Positions 13,201 to 24,252 of a stretch of DNA of 64,000 nucleotides are shown here, piece by piece. Made by a program: the position numbers and the translations under genes. Where the stretch lies: NCBI GenBank assembly GCA_030141605.1, contig JAQGDQ010000382.1:62001-126000 (forward strand). The letters run 5' to 3'. The DNA is from Tubiluchus corallicola. Its lineage: Eukaryota > Animalia > Priapulida. The notes under the pieces are model-generated. The model was not told the DNA's origin and did not search any database. It saw nothing but the letters and a program-made list of their open reading frames with translations. Within the stretch, counting starts at the first letter, position 1; each line of letters starts with the position of its first letter.

Positions 13201-15013
13201 AATAATTGTACACAAAATAAATAGTTTTTCACTGTACCACACATTTGGATATAGGATGCTTCGTCATAAAACATTTACACAAGGGTAGTCGTGGCTACAG
13301 AGGTGCTGTCCAACTTGAAAGATCTATGATTTTGTCACATATTTACTGTAACTTTTATTACTTTGTATAATTAACAAGATGTACTTTTCAGTATTAATTC
13401 ATCTTTTCTTTTTTCTTGTTTTGTTTCAGAACAATTTTTGTTTTTTTATTTCTTAGTCTTGCAGTTTTAATACGAAGATCGTATTGTGATATTGTCTTAG
13501 AAGATGTTTCTTAACGAGCTTTAAGACGTTATTATGATTTCACTTTAGTAAAAGTGTCGAACGATGTTTATTAACTGCTCGGTAAAACTCATTAATTTCA
13601 GAACAAAAGTTTATAATTTAACAAAATTTTCTTTGAAAAAGGTTGAAAAGATTTAATATTTTTATTTAATAACTATACATAGGTGTACACTTTCATATAG
13701 AAACATTACACTTAATGTAGTTGTTATGGTTTATTCTTCATCACATTTTGATTCCGTTTAATAGGTCACAGGTATTAAAATCCAATACAATTTTAATGCA
13801 CAGCTATACGCTAATTGAAAAATTCATATTTAAAGTTTAATGATTATGTACGAAATTAGAACGCAGAAATTTTTGTCCAACTTGAACATTTTTAATACGA
13901 AAATTACTACAAAGATTAATTTTCTTTAAATTATCTAGTAGCGTTATGATTTAATTGCAAATCATTATCATACAGGTGAAGAAAGTGTAAACAAGTTATT
14001 GTGTAAACAAGTCTAAACATGTATTCTTTTACGATGGCTTGTAATGATCTAAAATGTTTATAAACTTACAAAGTTTTTAATTCCCTTTTCTTGTGATAAT
14101 TTTCGCAACGATTAGGAATTCGTAACGACAATGTTTTGATTTCCTAGTATTTTATTTTTAGTTTCAAAATTTCTTATTTTTTTAAACTTATCGCTGTGTC
14201 GCTATCTTTTACTGTAGACGTTTTCCAAAGAAAACAAGAGACACAGAAACAATTATTATTTCTATAAATAAATATTGCTGATTGACTATTTACACTTTTT
14301 GCAAGGCTCTTACTCTTACTCTGACTCTTACTCTATTACTGATTAAAATACAATCATGTCTAATTTGCACATAATAGCTAGTTCATAAAATTGTGTAGGC
14401 CTGCTTCCATGTCTAACGCCACAATAATGTGTTTTTCGTGTGTCTCGTGAGAAACAATTTATTTAAACAGCAACCCTATCATAAAAAATTAGTAATTCAA
14501 TGATTTCTGGCAACGTTTAGTTATTGCTGTATCTATATGATAAGTGATTCTATGGGGTTCCAGATGGCAAATGCACGTAACACGTTTAAGTAGTTTGCAG
14601 TTTTACCTGTAACGGCTGAAAAAATCGCTCAAACATTAGCGTAAGCACATCATTGTATTACGTAAGAACCATCAAATAAGCACCTGCTTACGAAGCTACC
14701 AACTGACGTGCTGCGTTACCTATTCTGACGAAGACCGGAACAAATCCATGAGAAAGTGATTGATTAAAACTATCACGCACGCTGTAGCTTCTGCAAATAC
14801 CTTGAGATTCTCATGGATTTTTAGACGGAATTTAGCTGCTACGCAGAAATATAATGCATTTTCTAGCTTTTAGCTGCTGTCTATATGCTTCCAGCACTCA
14901 GCAACTCCGTGAACCATTGCGCTAAAGATCACACGAATAGACAAATTAATAGTCCGGCACATAAGTTAAAACTTGGGTTGCTAGTCTATAACAGTGAAAT
15001 TAATAAGTTAATG

Positions 15014-15148
15014 AACAAATACTCGATAGTTAAAGAAACAGAAAATATGAAAAATAACTTTAGAAAGTGTATAAGCAAATACAAATACTCGATAGTTAAA
15101 GAAACAGAAAATATGAAAAATAACTTTAGAAAGTGTATAAGCAAATAT
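15014..15148. repeat. 66-bp perfect tandem duplication
   Basis: ACAAATACTCGATAGTTAAAGAAACAGAAAATATGAAAAATAACTTTAGAAAGTGTATAAGCAAAT x2. Confidence 0.9.
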
Positions 15149-15202
15149 CAAAAATTTATTGCCACTATTTCGACATCCGTAACAGAGGTTATTATCAGAA
15201 CT

Positions 15203-15478
15203 AATAATAATAATAATAATAATAATCTTTATTTAAAGTCGGCTTTTGGGTCAACAATTAACATTAGCTCAAATAGCTATTATCGCCGACTGTAAATAAC
15301 AATCTACAACTACATAACAGAGACTATTATTACCCCACTTTTACCCTAAATACTACGCGTCAGGCAGGGGAAAGCAGGTGCCATTTTTAAAGTCTTTGGT
15401 ATGACCCGGCCGCTGGTTCGAACTCACGACCTCCCAGACGGAAAGCAGACGCATTACCACTAGACTAAACCGTCTGGT
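15203..15478 (-). mobile_element. tRNA-derived SINE with Meta/MESC core domain
   Basis: Minus strand: box A TAGTCTAGTGG, box B GTTCGAACC, core GGGTCATACCAAAGACTTTAAAAATGGCACC, (TTA)n tail. Confidence 0.85.
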
Positions 15479-15687
15479 ATAATAGCTTTATAACTCAAGA
15501 ACAATAATAACATTATTTCTCAATTCTTCCCAATTTCTGGTAATCAAACGGTTATGATTTTCTTCGAATAATTTGTGAATTTGTTTGAACAATTACATCA
15601 GTTTAACAATTTGTTGAGTAGAATATGTTGGCTTCTGTCAGCACTTCTAACACTGGACTTGCCCTGACAGCGCTGGATTTGACACCT

Positions 15688-18600
15688 TTACCAGAATTGA
15701 ACAAAAAAGTGGGGATCTGGGTAGTCGTAATTGCAGCTGCACTGTGGATATGCCGCCTCATTGCAACAGGCTGTCACTCGCCAGTTTCGATTTTCATCAT
15801 CTAGTGGCAGTACATCTCCGAAATCTGGCATACCTTCATTATGTGCTTCAATCACGGCTGCCAGCTCTTGCAACATAACCTTCTCATCCGGGTCTTCAGG
15901 ATTCAGAGGCCATTCTTCGGTCGGGTCGATGTCCAGCTTATAGACCAGCGGAGGATCTTGGACGGTTGCTTCCGGAACCCAGCATTTGAACCGGTCCAGT
16001 TTCGTCGTGGGGGTGACTGGGTACCCACCGTCCGGACATTCTGATTTAATCCAATTGGAATCTATTTCGGACAGCGTGACATAGTGTATTTTGTAATTAC
16101 CATATCGGATTGCCATCAGTCGCTCTGCACAGTAGAAGTAGGTGATTTCTCTACCTGATTCCTGCGATTCACCTCGTAGTACTGGCAACAGACTGATACC
16201 TGAAGGAAATTTGAAAATGATGTTAAAAATGAGCAAATAAAAAGTGACACGAAAAGACGATTATCTGCAGTGATGTTCATTCATTTCGCTTTCTGTTTGT
16301 CATATCTAAAAGCCAGAACAAAAGTACAATGATAAGACATTGCAAGATTTTAACGGGTAAAGATTTTAGACATACCAAATATACCCAAAAAGTGAAATAT
16401 TGCCAACAGGGCTTAATTGAATGAAAACAGAGCCATTTCCAGTTCATATAAATGTTTTGAACTATGATCTAAAGTATACATTTTATTTCTTATAACAATT
16501 ACAAAGATGTTCCTGACGAAAGTTAGAAGACTTATTTTATGTGAAGCATTTTTTCAAGAAGCAGTCATTTTGGTCCATCTAAGTCTGGCTGGCTGATAGC
16601 TTGCTACAATGAAAACCTTATTAACGAAATTAGATTAGACATACTTGTGACAACTTTTCCACGCAAGCGATTCTTAAAAAATATGAGTTTCCTTTCAATA
16701 TCTACAATGTTGCATTCTAATCAATATCATGTTAGCAGACTTATAAGCAAGAGTTTGGATTGCAATAATTGTCAAGAAGTAGCAAAATAACTAAATCAAG
16801 GTTCGTTATTCGTACCATCATATGTTCTTCCCGCTGGTAGCTGTACATCTATAATATCGGCAATCGTTGGGAGAACATCCATGGTATTGGCTACAGCATG
16901 GGACACTGATCCGGCTTTGATAACGTTTGGCCAGTAGACGATACCAGGTACTCTTACACCACCTTCAAATGGTCGACCTTTGTCTCCTAGAATTGAATGG
17001 TGAAGTCCGTGTTTTAGCAATTTTACAACAGTAAAGTGAAAAGTCCCCTATGACGAGCAACAGTATTGCGTATTCGGTAGAAACGCAAACACCACCCCTC
17101 TCCATACCTTATTATTTGTTAAAAATATTATAATTGTTTCATCTTTGCTATTTTTGCGATTGTTTATTACGCCAGTAATTCTTCTCTGGCGCCCTCTAGT
17201 CATCCAGTTATAATGACTCCAGCAATGTGATGAGCTCTGGAACCAATAAGTGGGTCCCAGCATTATGACTAAGCCCCCTATAATTGATTTGTCATTATGA
17301 TTAAAATGAACTTGACACCGAGAACCGTGTCATCCAGAAAGCCTGAGAAGGACATCTTCCTAAAACACTCTTAAAATGAATGTTCGGAGTATCAAAATAA
17401 TCAACATAAATTGCAACAATACGAGAAAGGTAGACATGAAAACAACCATTATGACGTCATTTTCCACGCAAAAATTACTACGCAATCCTCCTGTTGATCT
17501 TCCTTCTTTGCAGAGGTCCTCCTGCGGTCCATTATCAGACATAAAGAAGATAACCGTTTTCTTGTCAACGTCATTTTGCTTTAGAGTATTGATAATCTCC
17601 TCCACCTGCCATTGCATTTCCCTCATATTGTCACCATAGAAACCTATGAAAATAAACAGGTCATGTAGATTTTCTGTTTCATCACAATAATGTCAAACTT
17701 TTACAAAATCTTTACCATTTCAGATGTTCTCGTCTGCTTCAGACAGTCAGTCAGTAAATCAGCCACTTGTCCAGTCAGCCACCTAGGCATGCCTCAGACA
17801 GTTAGTCAGACTGTAACTAAGATAGTTATACTAACCGCTCAATCAATCGATCCTTTAATAATTAATTTTTAATTACTTTGACCAAGAAATCAATCAAATA
17901 GCCAGCCAGCCAGTCAATTAGTCATCAATCAATGAATCAACTAAATAGTCAAAAAACCCAACCAACTTACCAACCATTCAGCCAACTAGCCAAATAAACA
18001 AGCAATCAAACAACCAACAACCAGCTAACCACCCGATCAACCAAATAACCAATCCATTACCAACCAAATTCACACCTTAGCCAGCACACCAGTCAACCAA
18101 TCAACAACCAACTAACCACCAGCAAGCCAGCTAACCAACGAACTAACCAACAAACAAACAACCAACCAACCATCCAACAAACCACCAATCAACAAAATCA
18201 ACTAACCAACAAACAAACAACACCCAACCATCCAACAAACCACCAATCAACAAAATCAACTAACCAACAAACAAACAACAAACAAACAACCAACCATCCA
18301 ACAAACCACCAATCAACTAACCAACAAACAAACAACTAACCATCCAAGAAAACACCAATCAACCCAATCAACTAACCAACAAACAACCAACCAACCAACC
18401 AACCAACCAAGAAACCACCAATCAACAAAATCAACTAACCAACAAACAAACAACTAACCATCCAACAAACCACCAATCAACCCAATCACTTAACCAACAA
18501 ACAACCAACTAACCATCCAAGAAACCACCAATCAACCCAATCAACTAACCAACAAACAACCAACCAACCAACCACCAATCAACTAATCAACCGACCAATT

Positions 18601-21600
18601 AAAAATCCATTTATAAAACTGAAGTATACGTTGCTGCTTTATTTTAGCGATTCAACTAACCGCAACTATACCCACAAACTCAGGTATTGTTGTTAGGTTT
18701 GTATCAGTATTAATTGTCTCATTTCTCCTTGAAGAACAAAAAAAACTCAGGCATTGTTGCAGATCTGTATAAGTGTTAATCGTCTCACAACGCCTTGAAC
18801 TACCAACAAACTCAGGTATTGTGCAGATCTGTATAAGTGTTAATCGTCTCACAACGCCTTGAACTACCAACAAACTCAAGCATTGTTGTTAGATCTGTAT
18901 AAGTGTTAATCGTCTCACAACGCCTTGAACTACCAACAAACTCAGGCATTGTTGTTAGATCTGTATAAGTGTTAATCGTCTCACAACGCCTTGAACTACC
19001 AACAAACTCAGGCATTGTTGTTAGATCTGTATAAGTGTTAATCGTCTCACAACGCCTTGAACTACCAACAACTACATTGTTGTTAGAAAAACCCCACCAA
19101 CCCACAAACTCAGCATTGTTGACTGTATAAGTGTTAATCGTCTCACAACGCCTTGAACTACCTACAAACTTAGGCATTGTTGTTAGATCTGTATAAGTGT
19201 TAATCGTCTCACAACGCCTTGAACTACCTACAAACTCAGGCATTGTTGCAGATCTGTATAAGTATTAATCGTCTCACAACGCCTTGAACTACCAACAAAC
19301 TCAGGCATTGTTGTTAGATCTGTATAAGTGTTAATCGTCTCACAACGCCTTGAACTACCAACAAACTCAGGCATTGTTGTTAGATCTGTATAAGTGTTAA
19401 TCGTCTCACAACGCCTTGAACTACCAACAAACTCAGGCATTGTTGTTAGATCTGTATAAGTGTTAATCGTCTCACAACGCCTTGAACTACCAACAACTAG
19501 GCATTGTGTTAGATCTGCAAGTGTTAATCGTCTCACAACGCCTGAACTACCACAAACTCAGGCATTGTTGCAGATCTGTATAAGTGTTAATCGTCTCACA
19601 ATGCCTTGAACTACCTACAAACTCAGGCATAATCGTCTCACAATGCCTTGAACTACCAACAAACTCAGGCATTGTTGTAAGATCTGTTTAAGTGTTAATT
19701 GTTTCACCTCTTCTTGAAGTTCCCACAAACTCAGGCATTGTTGTTAGATCTGCATGGGTGTTGGATAAAGCGTAGTAAAGGAAGAACGGCCTGTCTTCAT
19801 TTTTAGCCTCATTGATGAAGTGTTTCGCATCAGCCACAAACTTTGGTGCCATGGTAGTTAGATCAATAGGTTGTTGTACAATTGTGGCATTATCGTAGAG
19901 AAAACAGTAGTTGTCAATTACTGGGAGAGTAGATCCCTAAAAAACGGAAAAAATCTAAAATCATTTAATTATTTGAATGTTTTGATGTTAGATGTTGTTG
20001 TTAGATCTGTATAAGTGTTAATCGTCTCACAACGCCTTGAACTACCAACAAACTCAAGCATTGTTGTTAGATCTGTATAAGTGTTAATCGTCTCACAACG
20101 CCTTGAACTACCAACAAACTCAGGCATTGTTGTTAGATCTGTATAAGTGTTAATCGTCTCACAACGCCTTGAACTACCACAAACTAGGCATTGTTGTAGA
20201 TCTGTGTGTTAATCGTCTCACAACGCCTTGAACTACCACAAAAGCATTGTTGTAGATCTGTTATGTTAATCCTCACAATTGAACACAAAACAGGCATTGT
20301 GTTAATCTGTAGTGTCTCACAAGCCTTGAAAAAAACCAGCATTAGATCTGTATAAGAACGTCTCACAACGCCTTGAACTCCAACAAACTCAGGCATTGTT
20401 GTTAGATCTGTATAAGTGTTAATCGTCTCACAACGCCTTGAACTACCAACAAACTCAGGCATTGTTGTTAGATCTGTATAAGTGTTAATCGTCTCACAAT
20501 GCCTTGAACTACCAACAAACTCAGGTATTGTTGTTAGATCTGTATAAGTGTTAATCGTCTCACAACGCCTTGAACTACCTACAGACCCGGGCATTGTTGC
20601 AGATCTGTATAAGTATTAATCGTCTCACAATGCCTTGAACTACCAACAAACTCAGGCATTGTTGTTAGATCTGTATAAGTGTTAATCGTCTCACAACGCC
20701 TTGAACTACCAACAAACTCAGGCATTGTTGTTAGATCTGTATAAGTGTTAATCGTCTCACAATGCCTTGAACTACCAACAAACTCAGGCATTGTTGTAAG
20801 ATCTGTTTAAGTGTTAATCGTCTCACAACGCCTTGAACTACTAACAAACTCAGGCATTGTCGTTAGATCTGCATGGGTGTTGGATAAAGCGTAGTAAAGG
20901 AAGAACGGCCTGTCTTCATTTTTAGCCTCATTGATGAAGTATTTCGCATCAGCCACAAACTTTGGTGCCATGGTAGTTAGATCAATAGGTTGTTGTACAA
21001 TTGTGGCATTATCGTAGAGAAAACAGTAATTGTCAATTACTGGGAGAGTAGATCCCTAAAAAACGGAAAAAATCCAAAATCATTTAATTATTTTCTACAC
21101 CCCTATATCCATTACTATATAGCTTACTCTACTTTTACTCTTTTCCTAATTTACTTTTAGGAAATCGCTGCTCGTCTTGTTCAATTCTCAACATCAAAAA
21201 CATTCCACGAACATGTTGCACGTGTTTGCGAAAGCGAAAATTGAAGTACAGTGCTACTGTAAGAGATTGAGTGTGTTGTAATAAAGCTCAGCAAGTTTTA
21301 AGACAAAAATTCAAATTTCAGATTCACGCATGAGCTATTGAACGTCTGTAGTTCGACACAAACTAACACATCTGAACTGAGAGGTACAACACCTGTTTTT
21401 GTGCAATGCGGTTCTGAAATGGCAGTCTAACGAGCGAATGGCGAAATGCATGTAACAACAAAGAACTAGTGACGCGAACGGGAAATTGTGTTTGTGTGAT
21501 AATAAGTTTTCACGTAAGGCATTCTTTAAAAATAGTATGTTTCCTTTCAGTATTTTAAAGAATAAGTTGTTTTGACCTACAGTTTAACATTGGGTCCGGA

Positions 21601-24167
21601 CTTGCTTTAACGTCTTTGGCATTTATTTTTTTTTGTGCAAGAGAACTGTCAAGGTCAGCCTGTGTTACTTATTTGCATTACAGATATTTGTAAATAACGG
21701 AAACATTTCAAGTGGCAACGGCTCGCTTGACATTTTGCGACCCAGTATGGCTATATCAAGTAACAACCAAAATGTCAGACGGCGTGAAAATAATAACGCT
21801 GTTAACAATGATAGCGGCAGTGGTACCACTGGTATCCAAATTAAACAATTTTTATCCAAAAATATTTTGTGGAGCTTTTATTGGACCCATTCCAAGGCCA
21901 AGCGTTCAACATTGCCATGCGTTGAAGTCATTGTTGTCGACAACGCTAGTCCCGAATCCCAATCACAAATAAAAAAGACCACTGCTATGCAGCAACGTTC
22001 AGTAGGAATGGGTTCAGAGAAACTTTGCACAAGAATGAATCCACGCTATCCATGATACATTCTTGTAAATCTAATACATTAATTATGGTGCTAATGTCTG
22101 CACAGAGCAACGTAGAGGCCGGTTAATACTTGGATGGGTGACCGCCTGGGAATGCCAGATGCTGTAGGCTTGCAGGATGCCCACACTGTATCTCGACACT
22201 GGGCGGAGGAGCTGCACAAGCAGCCAACGGCTAGAGGGCGGAGGAGGTCAAGTGACCCAACGGCCATGTGTAGAGGAGTAAACCTTCCAAATCAGGAGTG
22301 GAGCCCCGAAGGCGGACCAGTGCAGCATGCTCACTGACTCCGGCAGCTCCTGCAGCCAACCTAGTGCCAAACGTATCGCTCCGCTTTCCTTTGGACTACA
22401 CCAGTGAGGAAGAGAGGGGGTTCCTGTTGTCTGGGCAACTCAGGATCTCCACACACCTTGCCCAGGCGTGCGCCCTGGAGACGTTCAAGGATCGCACTGC
22501 TCAGCCACAGTCGACGCTGCAGCTCCATCAATGTGATCAATAACTGACTCTCTTGGCGCAAACTCCATTGTCTTCCGAGACAGAAGGATGGGAACCAATG
22601 TCTGCATGTATGGATAGACGCTTATAACTCAGCTGGCTAGAGATTCAGCTGGAAATATCCAATTTTCGACGTTTCATACATAAAACGTAAGGTCTCGATC
22701 TGCTGTCGCCTCTTCGGTGATTCATTTTCTATTTGGGGCCATGGAATAATTACAGGCGAAAATCCTTGAATACTGGGGATTTTTGCGTAATTATGTTACA
22801 AGCTGTATTTGTTATAATTTCTTACGCGAAAATTACGCTTCAATTCAAAGCAATTTTATACAAGTAAAACAACTATGGTATTTTGCTTACAACCAAGGGC
22901 TCTGGCTAGTTAATACATTCTTGTGCTGAAAAAAAGCATGCATTGCCTGTTGCTTTCTACTTTTAATATCATCTTCGGTGCTTAGAAAAGTGCCCATGTA
23001 CTTGCACTTTTTCCAAGGCTGGTTACCATCTCTTGCAATAACATATTCTTCTGTTCTTGACTGGTTTACTTGAAGATTTCTTTTCTCTAGTTTTTTTGGA
23101 GTTGTGTTATTGTGTTAGTTTGAAAATTTGATACACTAATCCATCCAATATCGTCTGCATATTGTTGATCAATAAGAAATGGTTCATAGGATTCCAAAGC
23201 AGGATAGGAGTGATCCAGAATATGTTGAGGAAGCTTGTCAGACAGTGGTAACGTAATCATGATCATCATTTGGAGGAGTTTGGATCTTAAATGCATTTGC
23301 TAGCTAGAGCTTGAAAAGTATTGGACTAAGACAGTCCCCCTGGGGGACTCCAATATTCGTGCTAAAAGTTCTTCCTAAGATGTTCCCAACTTTTTACAGT
23401 AAGCTTAACATCCTTTAGTAGAATTGTAATAATGTGCATTTCATCTGCGATTTGTAGGTCATAAAACAGAATTCCTCTCTCTACAGTATCAAGCAGTTGT
23501 TGTTAATTTCTTTATAAACAATATTTCTCTATATATTAGTTAAGTTTAATGCTTTAAAGGCTTAGTCTAAATTTTGCTACAAGTAAAGCACGTTTCATTT
23601 TACGTAATTTCATATTATTACTTAGTAATATTCCCATTGCTTATATTGCTTGGTAAGAATTTTCCAATTGAAACGATACTTAAGCGCTGCAAGATCAATC
23701 ACATCTAGGACGTAAGCTCCAGTGGGTCTATATCATTTATACCAAATTTCATTAAATTCCACGTTGTCGTTTGGCAAACAGACAAACTAGCCTCGATTAA
23801 TAGTACGAACCATGTTCTTGTACTTCATCAAAAATTCTAGCAAATAAAATAAAGTATTTTGTTCAACGCCTACCTGTCTGTATTTACACCAAGCGAGATT
23901 AGTAAGAGGAAGATTGTGTCCAACAAATTCAAACCCATGATGGTGCGGCATGTGATTGCTATCATGGTGATTAAATTCGTTAATACCTGAGAAAGTAAAA
24001 CAGAAATATCAACTTCAGTGATGTAGTTTGATGTGTCTTGATGTACGGGAATGAAGTTAACAGTACTACTAGATCTGCACTGCGTAAGGTGCAGAGATTT
24101 GTTCTTGTTTTTGTAGTTTCTGGTGTTGGTGCTAATGATATTATCATCGTCATCGCTGTTGTCGTTG

Positions 24168-24252
<85 letters not shown>

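Noticed and set aside
14725-14760. CTGACGA...GAAA possible hammerhead
   Set aside because: No convincing stem II or stem III; the segment is instead part of a short inverted repeat with 14808-14820
18812-20791. ORFs of repeated MPEFVGSSRRCETINTYTDLTT as a coding extension of Ars
   Set aside because: An in-frame TAA in the first unit after each exon copy blocks read-through, and indels break the arrays
21633-22055. 140-aa plus-strand ORF
   Set aside because: No recognisable motif, non-ATG start, lies among repeats in an Ars intron
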